This document shows, piece after piece, positions 50,234-62,800 of a stretch of 64,000 nt of DNA (its first letter is position 1; every line of letters begins with the position of its first letter). This stretch comes from Lama glama (Eukaryota), in contig CM052818.1 in assembly GCA_028534125.1 (NCBI GenBank), positions 43,526,001 to 43,590,000 of the forward strand, read 5' to 3'. The translations under genes and the position numbers were made by a program. Under the pieces are notes generated by a model that was not told the origin of the DNA, made no database searches, and saw only the letters and a program-made list of their open reading frames with translations.

Positions 50234-50664
50234 TTTTGGTTAGCAGCCTCTGGGGTTTCCCAGGTGAAATCTGAAAATGGCTCTCATACACAGAGGGCAA
50301 GGCGAGACTGAAAAAGAAGCAGATCACTCTAGATTGGTAGGTGGCAGTGTCAGCAAGCCAGGGAACTTAACGTGGGAGGGGGTTGGTCCTGGGCAGCCAC
50401 AAGGTAAGCAGATCTCCACATCTGCCTGACAGGGCCTTTCAAGTTCATGGAGGCACTTTAACAGAAGGCAGTCACATATTCAGTCTAGGGGGTCTCAACA
50501 GCACCTTACTCTCTGAAGGCTGCACCCTAGAGATGGCTCTGGCTATGGGGACAGTAGGCATAATGTATATTCCAAGGACCGGGGGGCCGTAAGGAGCCTC
50601 TGACTGCCCAGGCCCAGCTCAAAGTCAGCGGACAGTTGTGTCCTCTAGAGGAGCACCACCAACA
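50234..50664 (-). mobile_element. ERV1-type 5' LTR (same family as 31420-31855)
   Basis: The reverse strand shares cctgggca...agaggctcc, gttgagacc...gactgaata, ctaccaatctag, ttgccctct and agatttcacc with the 31420 LTR. It begins tgttgg. Confidence 0.85.
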
Positions 50665-51161
50665 TTTCCACAGTCCTGCTACTCAGAAATAGAGCCAAAA
50701 TGGAAATGTTTTTATTCCCTCATTCAAATATTTCTCTATTAGACAGACATATGAATAGATATATAAATGGAATGATAAACTGATACAGATGACTTTACAC
50801 AGTGGGATTTTTTTTTTGTTACATGACACCATTTTTATTTTTAGACTGTTTAATTTCATGGAATAAAATGAACCAGAAGTAAAATTATAGGATAAGTAGC
50901 CTTTCCTTAAATATTTCATTGTGAAAGATTTAAATACCACAACAGATGTCTAAATCAATAACAAAAAGAACAAAAAATAAGAAGACAAAGATAGGATAAG
51001 AGTTTGGAAATTTTTTCCCATAAGATTCCACTTTATATAGTGTCTCTTCAAATCTTTATTTGAGAGAAGACATACAATTTTTACCCCTATTTTTCATCTG
51101 GATTGATATTTTTGATTATCTTATCAAGCCTATGTTGCCAGTGCTTTAAAAAGTCATTCTC

Positions 51162-51211
51162 AAAATTTACACATTGTAACTGACTGTACTTCAATAAAAA
51201 AATTAAAAATT
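51162..51211 (+). mobile_element. About 50-bp L1 3' tail with TSD
   Basis: acacattgtaactgactgtacttcaataaaaaa flanked by aaaaagtcattctc (51148-51161) and aaaaagcaattctc (51212-51225). Confidence 0.8.
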
Positions 51212-51229
51212 AAAAAGCAATTCTCCCTT

Positions 51230-52610
51230 TAATTATAATTTACACAAATTTTGTTCTGTTTTATTTCCATATTTATGGAGATAGTTTTCAGCATTATTCA
51301 TTTTACATTTTCTAAATCTTCACATTCTTTGGTCCCTTATTTTAAAATCTGTCTGGCTTGACTAGCTTTCTTCATTCCGTAAGATTTTAAAGTAAAACTC
51401 ATGAGTATTTTATCCCATTCCATTTGCAAGAACACATGACCGACTTCACAATTCTAGGGTCACATTTCTTTCTGTCAGAAATTTATAGTCATTGCCTCAT
51501 TGCATTTTTGCATTGAGCATTGATGTGGAGAGTTTTCCACTCCAGAAGCATCCATTGTTATCAATTTTGGCAGTTTCTTCTAAGAATATACTAAACTTCC
51601 AACTTTTCTTACTGAGTATTTTACTTTAGCAATTGTGGTTCCTAATTTTCAAGTACTCTTGTTTTACGTTGTACAGCTTCTTCTCCCTTTGAGCTGTATA
51701 CCTGCCATAGATTTTTCCTCTATGAACATAACTTCCAAAATGACATGCACTTTTCTTCTGTTCCTTATGTTCCACCTTTTATTACAAATTTGTTAATAGT
51801 AAGTAAGGTTATTGTCAAATCTCGTCTCCTCATATTTAGGAGAGGGAAACTGCAATACTTATTGGAGACGATCTGTGTGGGAGGTTACATGACTGCTGGC
51901 AGACTTTCTTTGGAGAAGTTACCAGGTGGCTTTACAACTGTGTAATCATAAATGCTAGCATTTTGCATTGCCAGCTTTAGCATGGGGGTATAATATGACT
52001 GCCAGCATGTGGAAGTTATAAGCGTATATTACAACTAATGTCACTATAGGGTACACCCTTTTGTTTTGCAGTCTAGCAACTTCTGGGCTCTGAGAATTGT
52101 GTCCCCAAGCCTGGCACTTCCCTTATTACTAAATTCCTCCAGAAAATAAATATCTAATCCTACGCATGGGTATGCAAAGAACAGGCCAGGACTTTTGCAG
52201 ATATAGGGGGAAACGGAACGTCTTTCTGCTCCTTGGGTGCACTTTGACCCCAACCACCACCAACTGCAGTAGTGCTGGTGCCCCGTTCCTAAGCTTTGTT
52301 GGTTCTGCAGCGCTTACCAGCTTGTTTCTTGCTAGTGTGTGCAGACGTTTGAGATTGATTGTCCTCTGATCAGCTGAATTAATTAGTATTTCCTCATCGG
52401 TGTTCTCTACTCATAAATTAGACACTGAGGCTTCCGCTATCGCTGCTTTGCCGCCTTCTTCTTGTTTTCTGCAGGTTTTGAGGGTAGAAAAGAATTCCAA
52501 AGTTCTTTGCCATCTTAAAGTCAGAAATTCTTGTTTGTTCTACTACTGTCCTCAGAAACATCAAGTTTATGGTATACATTTCCTTTCTTGATTTGTCATC
52601 TCTTCCATTT
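51230..52610 (-). mobile_element. Old HAL1/L1ME-like fragments
   Basis: caattctagggtcacatttctttc...cattgcctcattgcatttttgcattgagcattgatgtggagag resembles antisense ORF1-region sequence of old L1/HAL1. Confidence 0.45.
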
Positions 52611-52617
52611 TGCAATT

Positions 52618-53100
52618 TGTGGTAGGCAGAGTTCTACAATGATTTCCCAGATTCCCACCCCGTGGTATATATGCCCTCAGTAATGCCCTCTCCTCAAGGT
52701 GGGCAGGTCCTATGAAGATGATATAGTCATTTCCATGTTTATATTAAATTATATAACTCTTCAGTGCAGGTTGAGAGAGAGTCTTTTGCTGGGTTTGAGT
52801 AGGTAAAGAACCAGGCTGTGAGTGGGCAGTGCTAAGAGCTAAGAGTACCTCTGCCCAGTAGCCAGCGAGGAGGCAGGGACCTCTGTCTTACAATGTAAGG
52901 AACTAAATTCTGCCAGCAACTGTAGGAGAACCACAGCCCCACCTGAACCTTGACTGCAGCCTGGTGAGATCCTGAGCCGAGGATCCCTTAACCCATGCCT
53001 GTGCTCTTGATCCACAGACACAGTGATTTTTTTTTTTTGTATGTTCTCCTAAGCCACTACTTTTGTGGTAATTATTATGCAGTAATGGAAAATGAATACT
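52618..53100 (+). mobile_element. MLT1E-like (MaLR) solo LTR
   Basis: tgtggtaggcagagttct...aaggaactaaattctgccagcaac...ccttgactgcagcctggtgaga...ctaagccacta...tgtggtaattattatgcag. Confidence 0.88.
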
Positions 53101-53904
53101 CGGTGCTGCACATTTGTGCATTTTATTTTCACCTTAACTTGGTTCTGCACCTCATGTCAGGACTGTTTCCAACTGTAGGTATTGTATTCTTTGCAGGGGC
53201 TCATATGACTTTCATTTTGGTGATGGTTATAATAATCTATTTTTGCTGTCATCTTTTCAAACTTACTATTTATTTAATTGCCTTATAATTTCTTCTTTTA
53301 AACCTTATAACTCTTTTTCTTCCAGTTTACTGGTATATAATCTTTCATTTCCTTGCAACCATGAAGCTGTATATGCATGAATTTTTCCTTTGTTTCTAAG
53401 ATCACTTCCTTTTGGAATGCGTGTTTTTCATTAACGTATTATGTTGCTTTTCTCCTCATCACAACCACCAATCACTCCTCTCCCTGCCTACTGTTTTTCC
53501 CACCCCTACTAATTCAGAATACTAATTTCTTTCTGACTTTTGCCTATCTTTAACGAAGTCAAGTGTTTAATTAAAAATAGCATCTGTAGTGTTAGGCACA
53601 TGAGTTGGGGAAGTCTAGAGCTTTAATTCAGGTTTTGGTAGTTTTTGTGGGTTTTTTGTTTGTAAGACGGTTTTCATCACAACAAAACAATCTGTTTTTC
53701 TCTCCCATGAATGTGCATCTCATCTAAATTTTTGCTTTCAATTTATTAATATATCCTACTTCCAAACAAAAAGATTTGTTACTGTTGGAAAAAACTACCT
53801 TAAATTTTCCTATATTTTATTCATTAGACACTGTTATTTCCTCCATCTGGAGGCCTCAAGTAGTTGATGGGTACGTTAACAGTGCATACAAGCAGCATGC
53901 TGTC

Positions 53905-53995
53905 TGTATAACTGAAAAATTGTGCTCTACACTGGAATTTGACACAACATTGTAAAATGACTATAACTCAATAAAAAAAAGTTAAAAACAAGAAC
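53905..53995 (+). mobile_element. Short young camelid-like L1 3' tail
   Basis: tgtataactgaaaaattgtgctctacactggaatttgacacaacattgtaaaatga plus an A tail. TSD-like flanks agcagcatgctgtc and aacaacatggtgtc. Confidence 0.88.
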
Positions 53996-56274
53996 AACAA
54001 CATGGTGTCATGGGTTTTACGGATTTTGTTTTTGTTTCTAAGTTTGTCTTTAATTATCTTATATAAATATAGGAGGTAAACTTTTGATGCATTTAAGGAT
54101 TCCATCCAAAAAAATATTCGAAGGACAAAATTCTCTCATATCCTGAGGCACACTGACTCAACATTTTTAGCTGATCTCTGAAGGAATCCATGATAAAATA
54201 CTTATTGTTTTTACCCAGAGCAGCATAATTTGAATTCCAGCTATATTGGCTTGTAAAACAAATGTGTATAACTACAATGGGAAATGATCTTCCCAATGGT
54301 ACAGCTAAACTAATAAAGTAATTATTTCTGGGATGAGTAGTTATAGTTCAAGGAATGTAAACTCAATTCACATGTGTAAAACCACAGAGGCAAGAAGAGT
54401 GTAGATAAGATCAGAAGAATAAGAGGAGCCTGGGAGTTCCCACACTATTCTACAGATAGACATTATCTGCCCACTTTCCCAGGAGCTCACAAGGGAAATG
54501 CCTTTTTCCAATTCATTGTGGTTAAATATGTTTTAAATGCCTTATGCAAAAAATGCTGTGTTCTTTTAAAAGGCAGTAAAAACAAAATTCTGGCACAAAG
54601 ATGGAGTAGATTAAAATAATTTATAGATGTATTTACATAAGATCTAATTAGGCAATATTTTATGTTGCATTAGCTAAACTACAATTGCTTCCATACTTCG
54701 TCAAGCACCAAGGTTTAATCCATTTAACAACTTTCAACGAATATTTATTGAAGGACCCTCGTGTTTTAGAGATATTGTTAGTTGTTAGGGATACGAAATA
54801 AATAAATGTCAATTCCTGTGTTACAAGTATATAGTCTTTAAGGCTCAAGATAATAGGGTCACATTAGTATTTTAGAATCTATTTATTTACTCATTATTTT
54901 ATTCAATAATTATTTGGTACCTACTAAATGCAAATTACTGTCTCTGTTTTGATACATGCACAATTTCTATGGCTATATATGTATTTCATATATCTATTTT
55001 AAAATAAACCTATATTTGTTCCTTAATATTATACAAGGATTATTTGCAATATTAATTTTTAAATTCTTAACATTTAAAATTTTTAAATTAATAAAATTTA
55101 ATATTCTATGTGTGTATAATATTGACTAATCCTTTGTGGTGTTAGGTCAAACATAAATGATCTAATCTTAAAAAAAATTTTTGGCTTCTAGTTTGCATGG
55201 TTTTATTGAACTTATTCTAAAATAATGGGAAAAATGTGATATTGTAAGAACAACGTTAAAAGCCAAATTCAGAGCTCAAGGCCCATTTTTGGGTTATATT
55301 ACAGTAGCAATGAAATAATACTCATGTTTAACTAAAAAGATTTCAGTTTTATAAGTAATACCTAGTTTGTGACATGTAATTATAAAAAAATCTATCATTC
55401 ATATTTTAGCAGTTTGCTGTGTGTAGATAACAAAATACATATGACATGAAGCTAGTAAACATGCCATCTTTATAAATTGTTATTTATGTTCTATTTGCTT
55501 CCTAGCTATTTCTATTTAGTTTCTCATTCTACTAAAATAACTTTTAGCTTTATTTTTCTGCAGTTTATATATTTTAAATGAAAACTTTGCTTGTAAAAGT
55601 GTGAAAGAAAAGATTTTTTTAAGGCACCCTACACAAGTATTTTTCAATACTTTTTTTAAGCTTGCAAGAAATAAAGGGAATCTCCAAGGACAAAAAATAA
55701 TTATGAATTGAAACTGGAGTGAGGATTAAGCATACATGAAATCAGGTGGTTGGATTGAAAACAAACGCCTGTTATTAGAACTATAATCTGGAAACTAAGC
55801 CTTTAGATAGCTATGAATTAAAGTAGCTGTAGCTGAAAATCCCAGATTAATTCAGGGACACTGGAAAAGTATAAAATGTCTTAATTGGTATAACCACCAT
55901 TTACCAATTAAAGCCAATTTAGGCTCCAATATTTTTGATATATTAAGTAAAGAAAAAAAAATCTTAAATGTAAATTTATATTGAATAATATTTAAACAGG
56001 AAGGCCATTTTTACCTTGAGAAAGAGAAATAAAAACAAATCCAAACAAACAAAATCAAAAACAAATGCCCAATAGATTTGGATAAGCAACGGACGTTAGA
56101 GTTTAGAATAATCAGAAATTGATTAAATAAGTATTTGAATATTAAAGAAATAAAATGTGAGGCTAAACTGAGAATGCTAGAAAGCTATTAAAAATTTAAA
56201 AATTGATTTTTAAAAATAGCCACATACAAATTTAGAAATCAAATATATTTTGATAATATCTAAATAGTGTAACA

Positions 56275-56680
56275 GGAAATTAATAAAAACAAAGGAAACA
56301 AAGTATGGTTCTTTGAAAAGATCAGCGCAAGTGATAAATCTCCAGCAAGGCTAACCAAGAAAAAAAAAAAAAGACATAAATGAACAATATCAGAAATGAA
56401 AGACTGAACATTACTACCTATTCCATGGGTTATAAAGACAATAAATGAACCATAACCATACAGGATAATAAAAGTTAATAAAGGAATAGTATGAATAAAA
56501 CTATGCTCATAAACATTACAGTATAGATGAAATGGATCAATTATTTGAGAGACACAAACTACCAAAACTAATATAAAGAGAAAGAGATCATTTTGAGATA
56601 TATATATATATATATTTGGATTAACAATTAAGAACCTTCTGAAAAAAAAAGCCTGAGAATCAGGTGGCTTTACCAGGGAA
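56275..56680 (+). mobile_element. L1 ORF2 fragment
   Basis: tggttctttgaaaagatc...ccagcaaggctaaccaagaaaa...aatatcagaaatgaaag...agatgaaatggatcaatt...cacaaactaccaaaac. The minus-strand 159-aa ORF is its antisense. Confidence 0.85.
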
Positions 56681-56681
56681 C

Positions 56682-56740
56682 TGCTATGGTGTGAATGTTT
56701 GTGTCCCTGAAAAATCCATTTGTTGACACCAAACTCCAAG
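56682..56740 (+). mobile_element. MLT1A 5' stub
   Basis: tgctatggtgtgaatgtttgtgtccct...aaatccatttgttga. Confidence 0.7.
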
Positions 56741-56877
56741 GAAACAGAATAGTTTTAATAGGAAATGCTATTTTTAAAGTGACTAAATAATTGCCCCAAG
56801 ACAACGGTTTAAAACAGAAAGCATTTCTTTATATTGAACTGGAAGATTCAAGAATATTTGGCCTCCAGTGTAAAAAG

Positions 56878-57120
56878 GAATAGTGGCTAACACTTACATG
56901 GCACTTACTATAAACCAGAAATGACTCTAAATATTTTGCCTATACCATAACTTATGCATCCCCACGATTACCATGAGGTAGATGACTATAGCTATGCTCG
57001 TTTTGTAAGTGAAGAAACTGAGGCAAAGGGAAATTTCCCAATTCAGACCATTAGGAAATGACAGAGCTTGGATGCAAGCTCGAGCAGGTGGCTTGTAAAA
57101 CCCAAATTCTCAACTACCAT
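56878..57120 (-). mobile_element. MIR SINE
   Basis: atagtggctaacacttacatggcacttactat...catgaggtag...gtgaagaaactgaggca...gacagagcttggat...ctcaactaccat. Confidence 0.8.
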
Positions 57121-59659
57121 AGAGAGGATTAGGGCTGTACAGGAAGACAAAGCCAGTTAGAGAAAACCAAGTTGTATGATAAGTATAAACTCTCTTTCAT
57201 GTATTTGATAGCTGCTAAGCATTCATTAACTTACACTTAAAATGACTTTCCTGTCAGTTTTCTGACATTTGGTGAGAAACGGGCAAATCTAGCATATGTT
57301 CAGTCTATCACAGAAAAAGAAGACATTAGGACAATTAAACCCACAGAAAGCAGAGAATGTCTTTTCGTTGCCTTCACACAAATGAATGACAACTTGGCAA
57401 GGTGCAAAATTCTTGAACACAAAGATTTTCTCTAAAATCTCTATCTATGTTACTAAAATCTGGCATCTGATTTCCTGAGCAATGTTTTATCCTTTATAGA
57501 TAGTCTTCCTACTTTGTTTGCAGTTTCTTTTTTCTTGATATGAAGATATCCTTTGTGTTTTTTGTAGGTGTAAGTGTCTCTCCATTAAAAAAGAAATCTA
57601 TGAGATGTTGTTTTCTGCTTAAAATGTCAACAACTAAGAGGGATATATTAAAATTTCCAAAATTAGCTAGGTTTTTGCCATTTCTCCTTATCTTATCCTA
57701 GATGATTAGTAAATAAAAGCTCATCAGTATTGACCAAATATTGATTGTGTATTAGAGACATTGTCAATATAGTAGCAACTGACCCACTTCATGCTATTGT
57801 ATATTTTTTATGATTTAAATATTGTCACTCAAACTTACTGCTTTTTACCTGTGATACCGCTATTCTAGTGTTTTCATTTAATTTATAATTATTTTCTTTT
57901 AGCTGTGTCTACTGAAATCAGCATAGAGTTTCAGTTTAAAACAGCCCTTTTGACTGGCTTTATCAAATGTTCTCAGGCTGTGTTGTCCGTGTAGTAGGGG
58001 CAGGGTAACAGAAAGCCAGTATTTCAGGAAACAATCAATAACCGGTTAGATTTAGTTATATCAGGTTAGTGATTGCTTTTTACTTAGGCTATGAATGGGA
58101 CTTTGCTGATGTTGAGTTTGGCTATTGGTAGATATTTCCTTAAATAGAAAAGAATAAGTGCATAGTTAGCTTGTATAAATCCTTCCTGAGTGATGATATA
58201 AACCAGAGCATAACAGGACTGGAGCAAGCAAAAACTAAGCATGTAGAAATCAGCAAGATCATCCTGGCACAGACTGTGTTAGTGCCAGCCGTGCATTTCC
58301 ACTAGGGATGCTGAGGTACCTTGGGAAGCGAAACTGGGACAAGCGAAATGTTTCTATTCTCTGTAGCCAAGCAGTGAAAGCTGCATTTCTAGATGCTTAG
58401 TTAAGCCAATCACGATAATGTAAATCTAACCTAGCGATGGGCAGTCTTTGTCTGGCCTCATCCATGTTTTGACCCAAGTGTTCTCTTTACACCAGTGTTC
58501 AACCAAGAAAATTGTCCTATTTGTCTGGACATGGATAAACAAATAAATAAGTAAAAGAGCTAGCATCATTTCCTTACCTCTCCACCTCCTTCTTGCTCAC
58601 AATTGTACGTCACTTAGATTCCCTTGTAATTCAGCAATTATTTTTCGCGAGTAAAGTAACTAACCATGTATATGTGTCAGATGACTTCTTCAAGACAATC
58701 CCTTTTCAGCGCTTGATCGCCTAGTAGGTGTCTGTTTGGGAGGCACGCTTGAGTTAAATTGTGGGCTGCTTTAAAGCAAAAGAAGTGTGGCAAGGAACAC
58801 ATCAGTGTGGGATTTACAGTCACCAGTGTTAAAGAAAATTATTCTGGCATGTTAAAGCAATAAGAAACTTTATTCAGAACTGTTGCAATAAAATTATGCT
58901 CTTAACATAACATAACAGGAAGGGAGGTGTTGTGCTAAGAAGTTTGTCTTCTCCATAAAATAGCTGAGGAATTTAAGGATCATCACAGTTCAGTTACTTG
59001 TCCAAGGTTATGCTGAATTATGAGACCGAAGTGGGAATATAATTCATATGAAAGAGCTCTGACTGAAACATTTGTCACTCCATTAACTCTTGGTTCAATT
59101 CCCCTAATCTGGTTTTTGAAGAGGTTTCTCCCTTAATGTAAAACTATTTAAAAGTGCAATCAGCTCTTAAAAGCAGAAAACCCTCCTTTGATCAAGAAAA
59201 TTTCCTTCTAAGCCTTATAATGTATTTATTACATTGTGCCATATTTTTCTCACTTCCTCATTTACCACATTCAATACATTGTAGCCCCTCACTCAATGGC
59301 ATTGAATTACCTTATGACCAAATAGTTTGGTTACTTGGATAACTCAGTTCCCTAATACGGTTATGGCTGCTGCTTTCAAGTTAATTAAATTGCAATTAGT
59401 AGTTAATACATTTCAAGCAAAGGCTTATTGACCATTTTTTGGGTGTTCTATACAAAATTTTGATTTTTAGACTTACCACATCTACACGTCTATGCTAGCA
59501 CCATGTGTAACTGTCCATATGACTGTATATACTCACATATAAATGGTCAAAGACATAGCGAACACATGTAAACAAATAAAAAATTCAGCATTGCAGTAAT
59601 TAATTATGTCAGATACAGTAGCACCGTGCCACGTGCCATCTTCTGTGTGTGATGCATTT

Positions 59660-59830
59660 AAATATTGACCCCACTGAGACATTTCAGTCTTATTGGGTGA
59701 GTGCTATTTTTCTGGTTTGCATGTGTGAAATTCAGAAAGGTTTACTAACCTGGCTGATGTTACACAGCCAAAATATGCTGCTGGAGAGATTCGAACTCAG
59801 TCTTGACCTGACTTTGCAACTCATTTCACG
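59660..59830 (-). mobile_element. MIR relic
   Basis: gtgaaattcagaaagg...aacctggctgatgttacacagcc...gagattcgaactcagtct. Confidence 0.55.
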
Positions 59831-62800
59831 GCCCTCCAAGGGCAGTGACTCTGTTATCACATCTCAGTAAAATAAGTATAGAGGACTAATAAGTTTAAAG
59901 AAGAAGAATAAATGCAGGGTGTGACCTGACTCACTTATGTCTGTGGTAGCTTCCTCTCTCTCATATTTTACTCTAGAGCTGAAGCAAATTACCTCTACTT
60001 TGTGAAAGAGTCACTTTTTCAACAACTGTTAGAATTTTATTTTTGTACCTTCCTACGTTCCAGTGTAATAAATTAGTTAGATTAGAAAGATGAGTCCATT
60101 TGTAGAAAGGCATATAGATGCTGTTTCTGACATTATCTCCCCAGGACAAATGTCGCCGCATTTCCTTACACTATCGGAACAAACACACACACACAAAGAA
60201 TGTGCATGATCTTGAATATCAGTCTCGGTGATTAAATCTTCGACATGAATGAGCGGTGAAACATTACAAAAGCAGGGACACTGAAAAACGGCCAGAGGAT
60301 GCCTCGGATGGTGGAGAGCTTAAGAAGCCCACGTGTAGGAAGAATTATAGAAAAAAAAAAGGGGATATCTGGGTGTATTGTTAACTCAGGGGAGGCATTA
60401 GATACACTTCCAAATCTCTGAATGATTGTCATGTGCATATGAAAATACCATGTGCTGTGTCATCCCATAAATCTCACGTGGGAGATAACACAGGGAGCAA
60501 GTGTTGTTACAGTAGTGTAAAGAATGATGCGCTACCTCTGCTGTCGAGACGGTCAGATGGAAGCTGGATAACCAGATCAAGTGTCTGAGATTCTTCACTT
60601 TTAAAGGGCTGAATTCATAAGTACTTTTAGCTCCTTTCTAACTCTGGTATTCTGTGATTTTAAAGACTGGAGACTTCCATTTTCATTTCTCTCCATATTC
60701 ATCGACAAGTTGTAAGATAAGGATTTATAGTATGGGAGTCAGATTAGATTTTATACCTTATAAATTTAAATCCTGAGATTCTCCTAAACTTCCAACACAT
60801 GAAAAACACACTGACTCTAAACCATCAGAAATTACCTCTAGTATCCTGGGCATGAATGGGACAGACATGCATATTAACTGTCCTGGCAAATGTTAAGACG
60901 AAGGTGTCTGGAGAAAATAGAAACACATTTTGACCTGTAGTCTGAGCTTTAAACTGGTTGGAAACTAATGGTGAGTAAAGCAACTTCGGGGCACTCCAGC
61001 TAGCATGGAGATAATTCTCTTGGAGCTTTTTCTTCTGGTTTTACCTTTCGCAAGCATTTCCCAGTCTGTTCCAATCTTTCCTTTCATCAGAATGCTTTTA
61101 TTGCCCCTCACTGTTCAGGTACGTATAACTTGGATTTTTAGAAAGTGTTCTGATTTTCCACCGCTTGGCTCTCATTTATCTCCAGGGACACAACTTGCAT
61201 TCTCTTTTGAAATCTTCTTGTTTTTCTGGCTACTTTAGATAAAGATCTCACCTTATAAAGTTCCAGCTACTGGGACACCAATCTGGCGGTGGGGAGGGGG
61301 GCTTCCTTTTGCAGGGCACTTATCAGGTCCATCTTAGACCCATGTGTGATAAGGAAAAGGTAACAGATGTCAATTTAAGGATGGATGAGATAACGGTCAC
61401 AAAAATTTGAAGTATACTTGGCACTAGTGGAAAGTCACACTTCCACTGTCTACTGTCTGTCTTCTCTAATAGATCTTAAGTTCCCTGGAAACAGGACTTT
61501 TTTATTCTTTACTGATAGAAATTTGGTTTGAATTTACCCAGGAGAATTTCAGAGTTCTGACAGTTATCCCTCCCCCAGAGACAAGAACCTTTGTTGTGCT
61601 TTAAAGGCAAAAATGAAATGATGAATATTTATTGGGTTTATATTAGGAAGGGGTGACTTTTTGGAAGACAGTTACAAAGGGCAGAGAAAACCTTAACTTA
61701 TGTACTTACATTTTCTAAGCTGACATATGGAACACAAACAATTTTGTCTGTCTACCTATGTCTGTCTGTCATCATCCGTCTCCCCTTTCACTAATGGAGT
61801 GGTAAGAAGTGGAGAACCAGGATGGGTCATGAGAGAACAGGAAGAAGGGGCAGAGCAGATTCTTATGCCCACTACCAGATCTGATTTGGTGCTAAAATGA
61901 TTCAAGGAGTCTTCAAACTTTTTATGCTGCTTAGTTCAAATTACCAAAGTTGGAGCCTAGGAGAGGAGTTGGAATGAATAGAAAGAGAATTTCGATGTGG
62001 ACGTTAACATGCATCTGGGGTTAGTACCAGAGTGAGAATCAGAAACCTAGGAACTTTGCCCAAATTGCTGGGTAATCATGATCTAACCTGACATTGGAAA
62101 ATAAATGCTCTTTCCCATGGGATTTATGATGAAGAGGGATTGCAGAAATGGGAACAACAGATTTCAAGTTCACAGGTTGATTTCGTGGTGGCTCTGGGTG
62201 AACAGCATCTTGGCAGCGAAAGTGCAGGTGGCAACTGGGATTATGAAATGTAGACATATGCCTTTCTAGGTTATACGAGCAAACCTGAGCCAGCAACAGA
62301 GTGTCAGCCCTACTGAAAGAAAATACATCCCAAGAATGCAATGACAGTGTACCAAGAGAGAAGTCCAGCCAATCTGGCCAAAAGGGCAATGCACAGTAGA
62401 GACAAGGTGGGCACATTTCCAGTCTTATGGAAACAGCATTAATTTTGAATCCAGCCATCATGGGATACACTTCTCACATACTGCTTGCCTTAGTCGTGAA
62501 TGATTCAAGAGCTGAGAGTTGCTGAACCCAAAGATGTAGGTTTCAGTGGAGACAGCTGGAAAAAGCAGGATCATTACTGGACCAGAGTGGAAGCCTGACA
62601 TTTACTTTGTAGATATTGACTAATAGTTTTAGAGACTATGAAACTCGCTTAATTTAAGAAATCAGTGTTTTAGCAAGAAGTAAGAGACCAAGTGTTATGT
62701 AAAAGCACAGAACATGTAGTATAGACCCAGAACTAGAACAACAAAAAATTAAGTATTTTCAAATGAAAACTGAAAGAAACCTGACTGCTACTTCTAGGTG

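Noticed and set aside
56260..56739. 159-aa hydrophobic ORF resembling a membrane protein
   Set aside because: It is the antisense reading of A-rich L1 ORF2 DNA.
61060..61125. Possible 28-nt micro-exon (catcag|aatgct...ttcag|gtacgt)
   Set aside because: Not a multiple of 3, no host gene identified, and untestable from sequence alone.
62039..62470. 143-aa minus-strand ORF, and a plus-strand AG...GT exon-like segment at about 62270-62407
   Set aside because: The ORF has no recognisable domain, and the plus-strand segment has stops in all three frames.
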